A stretch of DNA of 64,000 nt from Octopus vulgaris. Lineage: Eukaryota. The DNA is taken from positions 16,616,001-16,680,000 of the forward strand of contig OX597823.1 in assembly GCA_951406725.2 (NCBI GenBank), given 5' to 3'. A program made the translations under genes and the position numbers. Positions 1 through 13,829 of the stretch are shown piece by piece (position 1 is the first letter of the stretch; each line of letters opens with the position of its first letter). The notes under the pieces are model-generated. The model saw only the letters and a list, made by a program, of their open reading frames with translations, searched no databases and was not told the DNA's origin.

Positions 1-69
1 CTTCTCCTTCACTGAGTTACTATTTTTTCTCCTCTCCCTTCACCATTCATTCCTACTGCGTGATTTTGG

Positions 70-126
<57 letters not shown>

Positions 127-1002
127 AAATATATAAAAACACTACGCTCATTATTATATTATGAGATTATACATTGCCGGTCCTTAGAATTTTCGAAGGG
201 AGGGCACTATGTCAGAAAGGAATACAATTCCAGGACAAAAGGACGTAATAACATTATTTAGAAGGGCGCACTTCTTTTCTTGAGGGAGCACATGCCCCTC
301 ATGCCCCCCACCTTTGTGTCCGCCCCTGTTATATTATATGATATACTTAAGCGTATTCTACAATATATTTGTGCATACCTTTCTTGGGTCACTGATGTAA
401 TTTGAAATTTGTTATTTTCTCTGTAGACGATGCTGCCTAATTCAAAACTGTATTTCATTAACTATTTTGAATTGTTCAGTCACCAAAACGGAAGAGGTTT
501 ACATTCTGGTGGTACGTAGAAATTAAAGGAAAATTTACAATTTACACACTCACACACGAGCAGAAACACATATACTGGGAAACATATGCGCCAGGCGCGC
601 GACACAATTATTGGTTGCGGCTTATTATAAGTATTTACGTTACACACCTTCTGTTGCGTTACCTTGTTGGGCTCTATTGAATAAATAAAGGGCCACAACG
701 CAATACGAAGAGCACATCTATTATGAGAGAACAGGAAGCATGACGTTGACATTACTTTGTTTCACATCTGTTACGGCCATTTCCGCAATCGACAACGAAG
801 TTCGATGAATAATGACAAATTATAAATGCAATCTGTGATTGAATGCTTATCATAAATCGCTTTTTAAACTTGTAATCATTCCTCGATCTTGATCATCGCT
901 CGTAGAAACATTCGTAAAGATATGAGATTAAAGAAATAACAACTTCATGCTTCATATTTTTCTCGCATTATATACACACGCACGCACGCACACACACACA
1001 TA

Positions 1003-1057
<55 letters not shown>

Positions 1058-1077
1058 CATATTTAAGAGAGATAGTT

Positions 1078-2381
1078 ATGGCCGGTTCATGGGGTTAACC
1101 AGTTTCGCGTCCATAAAACGCTTAATTTTACAAGCAACTCATCAGACCCTAATAGCTGGTGGTCTATAACCTCTGTTCAAAATGGAGGGAGGTTTTATAG
1201 GCCACCAGCCGCGAATTTTTTTTTCCCACGAGTGTTCCGGATCCCAGTAATGAACTCATTTGATACAGCCAATCAGCGCTTACCTTGAAACTCGACATAC
1301 CTTGTACTACTATAGTACGGCCAGTCCGCATATAGAATGGTGTATGTCACTCTGTGAGGACAGCCTAGCAGGTTTCACATAAGCACCACATCCCCTGCCC
1401 ACCATCCTTATAGATCAATTGAGCACCGTCTCTATATGGAGCTAACATTAGGTACCTATGCTTAGACTGAGATTAGTGATGTTGCACGAATCTATTGATA
1501 TAGTGGAAGCACTCCGTCGGTTACGACGACGAGGGTTCCGGTTGATCCGAATCAACGGAACAGCCTGCTCGTGAAATTAACGTGTAAGTGGCTGAGCACT
1601 CCACAGACACGTGCACCCTTAACGTAGTTCTCGGGGATATTCAGCGTGACACAGAGAGTGACAAGGCCGGCCCTTTGAAATACAGGTACAACAGAAACAG
1701 GAAGTAAGAGTGAGAGAAAGTTGTGGTGAAAGAGTACAGCAGGGATCACCACCACCCCCTGCCGGAGCCTCGTGGAGCTTTAGGTGTTTTCGCTCAATAA
1801 ACACTCACAACGCCCGGTCTGGGGATCGAAACCGCGATCCTATGACCGCGAGTTGCTGCCCTAACTACTGGGCCATTGCGCCTCCACCTATTGATATATG
1901 CTAGGAGGGCGCAATACGACACAACGCCATATTGATTACGATGTTTCCAGATCAACACCAAGATTTTAAATTAGGAATGTACAAAATCAGTCAAAAAAGT
2001 TTGAAACTACACTTATTTACATTTTCTAGTAAATTACGAAAACTGGCAACACTTATGGCATCATCGGTGAGCAGTTTTCCATTCACTTTATACACTAAAT
2101 TTCACATTGGTCAACCCTATTAACCCGTTTAGAACAGTTTGATTTTACTATAACGCACATTTTCCACTGAACTCAACCAGAGTATTTTCGTGACTAGGTG
2201 GACACTAGTTTGGTAGTTGAGCTCTGATTGGCTGTATGCAAATGAGTTCATAAGGAAGGGAGGGGTCCGGATCTCTCGTTGGGGGAAAAATTTCGCCCAC
2301 CGGCCATCAGGATCTGACGAGACGTTTGAAAAGCTAAATGCTTTATGGACGCGAATCTGAGTAATCCATGCGAACCAGCTG
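1078..2381. mobile_element. Non-autonomous DNA transposon with long imperfect TIRs of about 200 bp
   Basis: About 1080-1280 (ttcgcgtccataaa ... atgaactcatttgatacagccaatcag) is the inverted copy of about 2220-2380 (ctgattggctgtatgcaaatgagttcat ... tttatggacgcgaa). A SINE is inserted inside. Confidence 0.6.
1503..1887 (-). mobile_element. tRNA-derived SINE, head family D, tail type 1
   Basis: Head ggaggcgcaatggcccagt with Pol III A and B boxes (ggtttcgatccc). 11-bp TSD ctattgatata at 1492-1502 and 1888-1898. Confidence 0.85.
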
Positions 2382-2810
2382 TTGTTGTTATATATATATA
2401 ATGTATTGAGTATTAAAGGAAGTAGTGAGTACTTAGTATGAAAGATTAAGAAAATGAGAGAGACTGAAAAAACGTGTTAACGATACGAGATACTTTATTA
2501 GACTGCCGTTGTTGTACAAGGTATTTGTTGTGGCTGGAAACTACTGAATGTCCTTGTATCAAGGGAGACAATGGGCAACGTTGATTGTTCATGTTTGTTG
2601 TGATGATTACATAACACCAGCCACAACTATCCTTCTCTAAATACTTTCCTACTTTATAACTCTAAGTGTGCCTCTCTTTCGGATTTATGATTTACTAAAG
2701 ATGTGTGTGTGTGTTCTTATTACACCGCATCGTACTTTTTAAAAAGCTTATTGGGAAACATGAAAGTCTTAAAAAGATAAAACTACAACACAGTCGTGTG
2801 CGTTTTCAAG

Positions 2811-3222
2811 GTTAAGCTTGCTTCCCAACCACATGTTTCTGGGTTCAGTCCCACTGCGTGACACCTTGGGCAAGTGTCTTCTACTATAGCCTAGGGCCGA
2901 CCAAAGCCTTGCGAGAGGATTTGGTAGACGGAAACTGAAAGAAGCCCGTCGTATATATGTATATGTATATATATGTGTGTGTGTGTGTGTATGTGTGTGT
3001 GCACGCGCGTGTGAGTTTGTGTGTTTGTGTCTGTGTTTGTCCCCCCAACAGCGCTTGACAACCGATGCTGGTGTGTTTACGTCCCCGTAATTTAGCGGTT
3101 CGGCAGAAGAGAACGATAGAATGAGTACTAGGCTTACAAAGAGTAAAGTGCTGGGGTCGATTTGCTCGACTGACGCCGGTGCTCCAACATGGCCGCAGTC
3201 AAATGACCGAAGCAAGTAAAGA
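2811..3222 (+). mobile_element. Dominant SINE family A (tRNA-like head, CORE-like accttgggcaagt block, internal microsatellite)
   Basis: Near-identical to many other copies in the window. Confidence 0.85.
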
Positions 3223-3900
3223 TAGTAATAAGTAAAACATGAAAAAAAAAATGCTAGTTCTAAAATCTCGCCAAGAGGAGCTAATTTAAATAACTAAGTG
3301 AGTCAATAGTATGAATTTAGATAATTTAATCCCGATTTCCCTGAATTATAAACGAAAAACTGTTAAACCGTTGGAGAAAGAGAGAGAGGGGGAAAGTAGT
3401 AGATGTAGTATGTTTGCCGCTGCGTGTGTGTGTGTGTTTGCCTCTGTGTGTCTGCGTATGTGTTAAACGCAAATATTCAATGAGAGTGTCATTGTTATTT
3501 TAATGTCTTATAATAGCTACGACAACCTCAGTAAATCAAAAGTTCGTGATATTAACGGCAATTTGTCTAAGAAAAAAAACACATATTTATAAATCTTTTT
3601 TCTTCCTATCATTAATATTCAACACGTACAATTATTTTCCAGTCCTTTCAATTCCAAGGTCTTTCCTTTAGTCATGCTTCGAGATCAATGTAAGAATATA
3701 TATATACATTCACTTACATATTTAAGTTTACAGATCGTGAAATAAAAGTAAATTAAATAATTACACAGATATTTGTTGCCAATTATCCCTCATACCAGGT
3801 AATCCCGTGTACATTCGTAGAAAGGTGAACGTATAATCTCGTACATTATTATGTTTAGGGCAAGGTAAAAGAGCAGGGCATTAAATCGAAGATTTTGTAT

Positions 3901-4318
3901 TTTACTCTTTTACTCTTTTCAGTCATTTGACTGCGGCCATGCTGGAGCACCGCCTTTAGTCGAGCAAATCGACCCCCAGCACTTATTCTTTGGAAGCCTA
4001 GTATTTATTCTAGCGTTCTCTTTTGCCGAACCGCTAAGTTACGGGGACGTAAACACACCAGCATCGGTTGTCAAGCGATGTTGGAGGAACAAACACAGAC
4101 ACACAAACACACAAACTCACACGCACACGCACGCACACGCACACACGCACACACACATATAAACGACGGACTTCTTTCAATTTCCGTCTACCAAATCCAC
4201 TCACAAGGCTTTGGTCGGCCCGAGGCTATAGTAGAAGACACTTGCCCAAGGTGCCACGCAGTGGGATAGAACCCGGAACCACGAGGTTGGTAAGCAAGCG
4301 TCTTACCACTCAGCCACT
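3901..4318 (-). mobile_element. SINE family A
   Basis: Reverse complement of the family A consensus. Confidence 0.85.
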
Positions 4319-4706
4319 TTTGTCAATTGTCTTTATTTTTATTTCATTTGCTATGTGTTTGTACGTATGTATGTATGTAGATACGTACGTAGGTCGTCCT
4401 CCACTATTGCTTGACATAGCATAATGTAGCGGCTCTGGAAAAAAAAAATGACTGACAGAATAAGTATCAGGCTTAAAAAAAAAAAAAAAAAAGTATTGGG
4501 GTTGATTTGTTCAACTAAATCCTTCAAAGCAATGCCCTAGCACGAAGGAAGTAAAAAAACGTAAAGGGAACCAATATTGGCAGAAAGGTGGGTACCACCA
4601 AACTAGTTATATTGAAAAATGTGCCAGGTAGATGCCAGTTTTGAATAGAAATAGCTTGTTAAAATAAACCGAGGAATTTAGAAAAAAAAAGATAATTATT
4701 GGTAAT

Positions 4707-5053
4707 AGTCCCACTGTGTGACATCTTGGGCAAGTGTCTCCCACTATAGCCTCGGGCCGACCAAAGCCTTGTGAGTGGATTTGGTAGACGGAAACTGAAA
4801 GAAGCCCGTCGTATATATCTATGTATATATGTATATATATATATATATGTGTGTCTGTGTTTGTCCCCCCCCCCATTGCTTGACAACCGATGCTAGTGTG
4901 TTTACGTCGCCGTCACTTAGCGGTTCGGCATAAGAGACCGATAGAATAAGTACTGGGCTTACAAAGAATAAGTCCTGGGGTCGATTTGCTCGACTAAAGG
5001 CGGTGCTCCAGTCATATGATTGAAACAAGTAAAAGAGTAAAAGAGTAAAAGAG
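4707..5053 (+). mobile_element. SINE family A, 5'-truncated
   Basis: Family A body with (gtaaaaga)n tail; interrupts a local direct repeat. Confidence 0.8.
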
Positions 5054-5126
5054 AGTGTGCTATTTTTCTTTGTGTATTTATCATATTCTAACCGGTACTT
5101 GTCTTGTGTCTTTTCATGTTAGACTT

Positions 5127-5262
5127 TAACCCTAACCCTAAAACCCTAACCCTAACACCCTAACCCTAAAACCTTAACCCTAAAACCCTAACCCTAAAAC
5201 CCTAACCCTAACTCTAACTCTAAAACCCTAACCCTAAAACCATAACCCTAAAACCTTAAAAC
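5127..5262. repeat. Degenerate interstitial telomere-like (CCCTAA)n tract
   Basis: taaccctaaccctaaaaccctaaccctaacaccc..., a mix of CCCTAA and CCCTAAAA units. Confidence 0.85.
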
Positions 5263-5506
5263 CAGTACAAACGCACGAACATTGTCATAAATGCTAAGAG
5301 TAAAAGATGTTTTATATGACACATTCTACCAGTGTCCGAAGTTTGAAAGTGTTTGGTTACGAAAAATTATTTTTTTTAAATCTGTAGGTCAAAAACTAAA
5401 AATCCAAATTGACTACCAGAATAGTTTGTTAAAATAAACCGAGGAATTTAGAAAAATAAAGATAATTATTGGTAATGGTATGCTATTTTTCTTTGTGTTT
5501 TTATTA

Positions 5507-5905
5507 CTAGTAGTATCGCCCGGCGTTGCTCGGGTTTGTAAGGGAAATAACTATATAAGCATTTTTAGAGATGTAAAGTATAATAGCCATCTCAATATGG
5601 CTAACCACAAAGGGGGGGTTGTTACTGTAGCTTTTTTACGTTCTGAGATTTAATAATAAATTTTTAGAGAGTTACTTTCCTTATATAATAACATAAAAAT
5701 GCATTAAAAATGGGGAAAAATGATGGTAAATTTTTTTTTTAAATCGTAGACTCATCATAGACGCGCGCTAATACCCAGAAGGGCTCGATATGAATCACGA
5801 CTATAAGATACTCGCTTTTGGTTACACTGCACCGCAAAATGTGGGAGTAGTTAGGAATCTAAATCGTAGGAGACAGACACACAACTTGACTTTTATATAT
5901 AAAGA
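5507..5905 (-). mobile_element. Non-autonomous Helitron, 400-bp family
   Basis: 5' TC, 3' CTAG, subterminal hairpin cccgagcaacgccggg, inserted between A and T. Further copies at 26627 and 37356. Confidence 0.85.
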
Positions 5906-6281
5906 TATTCTAAGTGGTACTTGTCTTGTGTCTTTTCATGTTAAATCTTGTCTTATCCCCAAGTCTTCGTTTCTCGTTCAGTATATTAACTATGACATAA
6001 TGAATAGAAAAGACGTAGTGGAGGGAAAAACTTGGATTTCATTTAAATACCGAATGCAGTTAATATAGAAATATTATTTTAGGTCGCTAATTAACTGACA
6101 ATAATGACTTGTGCACAATGACAAACACCACTGATGTAATGGCATTACATGTATAGGACCAAAATACATAAAATCACGTTTTATTTATCTTAAAACAATG
6201 AAACAAAAAAAGCCCGTTAACTCAGTCATTATGAAGTTATGTATGTATACATACATGCCACTCACGCATGCGCATATACAC

Positions 6282-6321
<40 letters not shown>

Positions 6322-6552
6322 GTGATCTTCATCGTCATCATTTAACATCTGTTTTCTATGCTGGCATGGCTAGGACAGTTTGACAGCAACTGGCAAGTCA
6401 AAAGACTGCACTATGCCCTTCTTTCTGTTTTAGCATGATTTTCTATGGCTAGAGTGAACTGATTGCTTTTTACATGGCACTGGCACCAGCGAGGTCACCA
6501 AGTAACTTGCAGGACAAGACCCCTCAACTGGGGGAAGTAATAGTGAGGGACA

Positions 6553-6969
6553 GGAAGGCGGCGAGCTGGCAGAATCGTTAGCACGCCGGGCGAAATACTT
6601 AGCGGTACTTTGTCTGCCGCTACGTTATGAGTTCAAATTCCGCCGAGGTCGACTTTGCCTTTCGTCTTTTCGGAGTCGATTAAATAAGTACCAGTTGCGC
6701 ACTGGGGTCGATGTAATCGACTTAATCCGTTTGTCTGTCCTTGTTTGTCCTCTCTGTGTTTAGCCCCTTGTGGGTAGTAAAGAAATAGGTACTTCGTCTG
6801 CCGTTACGTTCTGAGTTCAAATTCCGCCGAGGTCGACTTTGCCTTTCATCTTTTCGGAGTCGATTAAATAAGTACCAGTTGCGCACTGGGTCCATGTAAT
6901 CGACTTAATCCCTTTGTCCTTGTTTGTCTCCTCTATGTGTAGCACCCTGTAGGCAATAACGAAATAAAT
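6553..6969 (+). mobile_element. SINE family B with internal tandem duplication
   Basis: Head ggaaggcggcgagctggcaga ... gagttcaaattcc (B box); the 3' part is repeated once. Confidence 0.8.
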
Positions 6970-7379
6970 ATTGAGGGGCAGAAAAGGTATCTTACATTAG
7001 AAGAGAAACATGGCTGCCTCAAATGGGGAGAGTTGAGAAAGATGGTGAAGAGGTGTTGAGGAGGGGACAGGGGTTATACACTCAAGTTACAGAGAGGTGT
7101 ATACTGTGAGGTGGAAGGGATTGGAGAGGGTGAGTGGGTGGGTGGATGAGGGAATTCGGAAGATTTTGAAAGGAGAGTGGGGAAGTAGATGTCGGAGGAT
7201 GTAATGAATGGGCACTGATAGAGGGAGAGGGTATTAAGAGGGATATGTTGTTGGGAAGGGATTTAAAAGGGACATAATCGTGTGCCGGTAGGTACATGAG
7301 GAAGAATGGAGGGGAAAGAGAAGGTGAAGGGAGAAACAGCAGTGGTGGACATGGATAGGTTGTGGTGGGAAGGAGGGTT

Positions 7380-7565
7380 TGGACAAAACAGCAAATCACC
7401 AATTCTATTGGTCTTTTGCATTTCTTCTGTGAGGCTCAACATTTGAAAATCGTTTCTCACCACTTCGTTCCACATCTTCCTGAGTCTGCCTCTTCCATAG
7501 TTTTCCCCCCACATTTAGAGATTGGCGGGTTTTTTTTTATGCAGATGTTTTCATCCATACACATC
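7380..7565 (-). mobile_element. RTE-type LINE 3' fragment
   Basis: Translates GRGRLRKMWNEVVRNDFQMLSLTEEM, the RTE C-terminal RGRPxxxW motif. Confidence 0.55.
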
Positions 7566-7569
7566 ATAT

Positions 7570-7984
7570 GACGTAGGAGTGGCTGTGTGGTAAGTAGCTT
7601 GCTTACCAACCTAATGGTTCCGGGTTCAGTCCCACTGCGTGGCACCTTGGGCAAGTGTCTTCTGCTATAGCCTCGGGCCGCCCAAAGCCTTGTGAGTGGA
7701 TTTGGTAGAGGGAAACTAAAAGAAGCCCGTCTTATATATGTATATATATATATGTGTATGTGTATATGTTTGTGTGTCTGTGTTTGTCCCCCCCCCCGCC
7801 CAACATCGCTTGACAACCGATGCTGGTGTGTTTACGTCCCCGTAACTTAGCGGTTCGGCAAAAGAGAACGATAGAATAAGTACTAGGCTTCCAACGAATA
7901 AGTCCTGGAGTCGATTTGCTCGACTAAGGGCAGTGCTCCAGCATGGTCGCAGTCAAATGACTGAAACAAGTAAAAGAGTAAAAA
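7570..7984 (+). mobile_element. SINE family A
   Basis: Full-length family A copy. Confidence 0.85.
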
Positions 7985-8003
7985 TACTATAATGGCTTAG
8001 TTT

Positions 8004-8076
<73 letters not shown>

Positions 8077-8487
8077 GCTCTGTTCTTCTGCAACTTTTTT
8101 GAAATCATTTTGAAATCATTTTTGAAATTTAAATATATTTTACTTCTTTTTAGATATATGATGATGGAGTCCTAATAGAAAAAAAAAATGAGCATTTTCG
8201 ACATCTGTTTCTCTTCGCTCTCAGTCAAGATACCAAAGTTGGCAATGCCGCTCGAGATATTTGTGCTGTGTCCGGACAAGGTGCTATTACTGAAAGAAAT
8301 GCACAGAAATAGCTTTCACGCTTAAAGGAGGGGAAAAAATTCGACCTCACAGACTCTCAGCGTTCCAGTCAATCTGATCAATTCAATGAGAATCGATTGA
8401 ACGAGCTCATCTACGAGGATTTGCACCAGGGCCGGATTAAGACCCATTCGAGGCCCTAAGCACTTAAAAGATTTTGGTGCTCCCATA

Positions 8488-9255
8488 GTGGCTGTGTGGT
8501 AAGTAGCTTGTTTACCAGCCACATGGTTCATGGTTCAGTCCCACTGCGTGGCACCTTGGGCAAGTGTCTTCTACTATAGCCTCGGGTCAACCAAAGCCTT
8601 GTGAGTGGATTTGGTAGACGGAAACTGAAAGAAGCCCCGTCGTATATATGTATATATACACTACCGTCAGAAATTAATTAGCACCCTTGATTTGCTCTTC
8701 ACTCAAGGTATGTGCTGTCACCTAGTGGCCATATCTCGAACTATTGCTTTGTTGCGAGTTCACTGTTGCGCAGAACGATGACGTAACTTTGTTTGCAGAG
8801 CAGTTTGAGAGTCTACAGCCTTATGATGTTGACATAGCAGTGCAACAACTTGGAGTGCGGATGCAGACAAATCTTCCTTTGTTTAATAGATATAGGTAGC
8901 GCCTCGCAAGGACCGAAATCACACGATACTAAGTTTTCTCATCGCGTAAGACGTTTTGAACAGCTCATAGGTTAATTGATTTAACCTATTTAATGTAGAA
9001 ATTTGAGAAGTGCTAATTAATTTCTGACGCAAGTGTATATATGTGCGTGTGTGTTTGTGTCCGTGTTTGTCCCTCCAACATCGCTTGACAACCGATGCTG
9101 GTGCGTTTATGTCCACGTCACTTAGCGGTTCGGCAAAAGAGACCGATCGGATAAGTACTGGGCTTACAAAGAATAAGTCTCGGGATCGAGTTGCTCGATT
9201 AAAGGCGATGCTCCAGCATGGCCGCAGTCAAATGACTGAAACAAGTAAAAGAGTA
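8488..9255 (+). mobile_element. SINE family A split by a MITE
   Basis: 5' half at about 8488-8658, 3' half at about 9036-9255. Confidence 0.8.
8659..9035. mobile_element. Tc1/mariner-type MITE, copy 1
   Basis: TIRs cactaccgtcagaaattaattagcac and gtgctaattaatttctgacgcaagtg, TA TSD. Confidence 0.85.
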
Positions 9256-10443
9256 TAAACAATAACAAACCATAAAATAATTTTTTTATTTTTCAAAACG
9301 AAACGAAACAGTAAGAAGGAAAAAATGTTTATTTTTGTAATAGTTCCACTTTATTTATATTTGAAAAGTTTCCTCCTACTTTTTTGAATTGCAAAGTCTT
9401 TGACCAGATCCTCAAAATTAATCTTAGGTAACATATCTGCATCTATGCTTGGTAGAAATAAAGGCATCCTGGATAATATTTTAGCAAGTTTAAAGTGATT
9501 TCTTTTGTGGCGTAAACCATTTACCATTTCTGTTGTGCCCCATTCTTCCCTTGATGCCCTAAGCACGTGCTTATTTTGCTTAATAGTTAATCCAGCGTTG
9601 ATCCGCACCTATCCACTTGGGGGCTGGCCCAGCAGATGGGATGTTCTCATAATACCGCCGCCCGTTAGCTTCACTCGGAATGTTCCATGAACTCGCTATA
9701 CGGGTGTCACAAGCTCTAAACAAAGGAGACAAGCTCTAGCGCCACTAGTGTGCTCGTTCGACCCCAGGTTACTCGTGGGCACAAACACATCTTTTACTGC
9801 ATCGTCACCAACGATGAAAATGTCTTTACGAAATATCAAGCAGAGGAAAGAATAATTGAGGCCCGAGAAGCAAGTAACAACAGGAGCCAAGCTAGGTCTG
9901 CATCCATAAAAGACAATGATCTGCGTTGAATGGGACTAGGAACAGCTAATCTAATCAAAATGCTTGAAAACAACCATCTGGTCAATGTAGAGCTTTATGT
10001 TCAGGAAATGCACAAGCTCAACGAAGCAATCCAGCTAAAACGATCCGACCGACATGCTTCTTCAACACAACAACTCTTGACTCAACGTTACTAATTTGAC
10101 CCCAAAAAAAAATTCAAGAATTTATTGAGAGGTTCCACCAAACCAACCTATTCTCCTGATATATCGCCTTCAGATTATCACTTTTTTTTTGTCGTTCTCC
10201 AGCAGTCTAAAAGCGTTTCGTTAAACAATGATGGGAAACTGCAAATGTGGATCAACGAATTCTTCGTGTAAGACCCGGTGATTTCTTCTATCAAGGCTTT
10301 GACAAGCTAGTTGGCAAGAGGTTGTAAACTATGAAAGAGAATATATTATTGACTGATTTGCTAAAACTGTTCATGAAAAACAAAAAAAGGATTAAAATAA
10401 AAAGGAAAAGAACAAACGAATTTATCTGACAGCCCAATATATA

Positions 10444-10823
10444 CACTACCGTCAGAAATTAATTAGCACCCTTGATTTGCTCTTCACTCAAGGTATGTGC
10501 TGTCACCTAGTGGCCATATCTCGAACTATTGCTTTGTTGCGAGTTCACTGTTGCGCAGAACGATGACGTAACTTTGTTTGCAGAGCAGTTTGAGAGTCTA
10601 CAGCCTTATGATGTTGACATAGCAGTGCAACAACAACTTGGAGTGCGGATGCAGACAAATCTTCCTTTGTTTAATAGATATAGGTAGCGCCTCGCAAGGA
10701 CCGAAATCACACCATACTAAGTTTTCTCATCGCGTAAGACGTTTTGAACAGCTCATAGGTTAATTGATTTAACCTATTTAATGTAGAAATTTGAGAAGTG
10801 CTAATTAATTTCTGACGCAAGTG
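10444..10823. mobile_element. Tc1/mariner-type MITE, copy 2
   Basis: Almost identical to 8659-9035, TA TSD. Confidence 0.85.
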
Positions 10824-13017
10824 TATAACATATATATATATTCGTTTCAGCACACGATCTCAGATCAAATCACTTGCTATGCAAGTACATCTCCAATATA
10901 TATATAAAATAGAAAAAAGAATTCGGGGAATCAAACGCGTCTCATGGTAAGCGCTCCAACTAGGGAACTAGGTATCTGGTAATACAATGATTAAATTTAG
11001 GATGTAATTTAATGTGATTACGAACCTAAAAATCAAGGAGACAGTGTGGAGCGTATGGTAATAATAATCGATAATGTAACAAAAAGCGAATTACGAAATA
11101 GCTGTAACCAACGGAATTAAATTTTCTTTGCCTCTTTCTTGCAGATCTCAACGATTGTGATCGTTAATTCAGTAGCTCTCCGACGTCTATTTGGCGTCGG
11201 GGAATATCAATGGAATATCAATGATGATATTCTCAATGATGATATTCTCAATCTATAGACTAGTCGATAGAACAAGCAAAGCAATATTAATTCGGTAAAT
11301 GATATTAAGTACTTCGTAAATGATATTAAGTACTTCGTAAATTTGATATTTACAACTATAGTTGCTGTACATGTAACGCAGTGTAAATGTAATAAAAGAC
11401 TATGAATAGAGTATAGTTTTTGTTCTAATAATGCCATGCACGTTTCCGTAGCATGACTATTCATTTATTTATAACGTGCTATAAGATATGAAATTACATA
11501 ATTTAGATTGCATAACCAGACTATTTCTCCAAGGATTTTGAACAGATGACAGGTAAAATTGATCTGCGAACATTTCAGTTCGAATTGAAATCTTCACAGG
11601 TAAATTTTACCTGTCACGAACTCTAATTCAATGAGCAGGTCGTCCATTTCACCGAAAAACTGAACAACTGAACGCTCTTACTTTCATTTATAATTCGTAC
11701 AAGTAGAGTGACTTTATCGAGTTCTGCAGTGTTTGTGTGAGAGTTAGAATTGTTGAGTACATATACGACGCATATGAAGTTATCAGGTAGATACCGAGGG
11801 ATTATCAAATATCAAATAACATAAGATGAAATAAAAAGTTTACAAAATGGAAAATAGGGGATATCAAAACCTTGTATGTATCAATATCTAAGTAACACAC
11901 ATCGCCTCTATTTCCATCCGTGATTGTTATGGTTTGTTTAGCCATTGATAGATTGTATTAATGTTGTTAGATTAGGGGTAGCCTTTATTACTCTGCACGC
12001 GTAATCGAAAGCAGGGTATTGCAGTCGATCGTCTTGGTCTGTTTGCCTGTGTGTTTGCAAAATTACTGGAAAACGGCTGAACGGATTTCACCAAAATTGG
12101 CAGAAATACTCATTGAGTGAGAGACTCGAACTCATTATTTTGGTTTGATTATCTTCAAAGCTGGCGGACGGGTGAATTAAAATGTTTTGTTTGTTTTGAT
12201 TTTTTTTTTTGTTAGATATGCATAAACGATAAGCAGGTGAAATAACTCTCGATGTCATTTTGTTGAAATATGAATTCGTCTGAGAATATATTTATTAAAT
12301 TGAATTTGATTTTATCCTCGTGCGTGCGCAGGGTATGCATCGCCCATCGATGACATTTTTCCCCCACTTGTTTCTGGTTTGCTTAGGTTTGGGTTGGTTT
12401 GATTTGGAAGAAACAGTGTTCCTAAGGCCTTTATTCTTCAAAACCAGAGTATTGAAGTCAGTTGTTGCGTGCGAGAGCTAGAACTCATTCAGAGATTTTT
12501 AGATCCTGAATCCAGTAAGCATAAAAAAAAAACCCAGCTAAAAGACATTATGTAATGGGGAAAGACTGGACCCTTTCGTTTTGAATTCATATCCTGTTAT
12601 GGTCAATAACATAAAATTCCAATCTTATATTGGATCAGTGTATTCGACTATTCCCTTCCAGCTAAATTTGCCTCCTTGTATTTAAGTGAAATCAATACTA
12701 TTTTAATCGATTCGGCAACTACGGGAAGCAACTCTGAACAGGTGTCAGTCATATTACACAACTTCAGCGAAAAATTAAAGACTTTGTACATGCCGAAGGA
12801 ATGCTAAAAGAATCACTCGGTGTATGATATTGCATTCAAGAATTAATGAACAAGGAACGTATTTTGTAAAATAAATCAAATTACTGAGAAAAAATTGTAC
12901 AGAAACATCGTCTGCATAAAGTAGCGATAGATAAATTACAGTTGGCGTGTGTGAATATATATGTCAACGGGATACGGCAGGAATTGACCTCTTGATATTT
13001 ACCAGAAGTACAGTTGC

Positions 13018-13066
13018 TTACTGACCTGCTTGACGCGGCTGTTGATAAGATGTCAGTCCGTGACTT
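13018..13066 (-). CDS. Putative microprotein, last coding exon
   Basis: Acceptor ttgtttgttgcag, phase 2 in, (R)[15 protein letters not shown] then TAA, followed by unique AT-rich UTR-like sequence. Internal gtcagt and gtaagc donors could instead extend the gene. Confidence 0.45.
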
Positions 13067-13080
13067 CTGCAACAAACAAG

Positions 13081-13808
<728 letters not shown>

Positions 13809-13829
13809 CAGCCTAAATTCAATGTTTAC

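Larger units (their letters stand above)
8427..9600 (-). mobile_element. Non-autonomous hAT transposon
   Basis: TIRs cagggccggattaa and ttaatccagcgttg, 8-bp TSD atttgcac / atccgcac, and a minus-strand remnant INFEDLVKDFAIQKSRRK of the hAT C-terminal dimerisation region. Confidence 0.8.
8075..10437 (+). mobile_element. Decayed mariner transposon interrupted by nested insertions
   Basis: Transposase remnants HFRHLFLF..AARDICAV..FDLTDSQRS, resuming after the hAT as LSTWGLAQQMGCSH, IVTNDE, PTYSPDISPSDYH and EYIID*. The right TIR ends ...acagcccaa followed by TA. Confidence 0.75.

Noticed and set aside
540-830. Possible promoter (CpG cluster, ATTGG, GCCATTT motif)
   Set aside because: No associated exon or start could be identified in the window, so support is too weak.
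1815-1887. tRNA gene
   Set aside because: The tRNA-like sequence is a SINE head continuing into a repeated body with TSDs; the same holds near 31010-31086 and 62012-62085.
2769-3215. Recurrent ORFs containing RLPNPLTRLWSARGYSRRHLPK
   Set aside because: Antisense translation of SINE family A, repeated at every copy.
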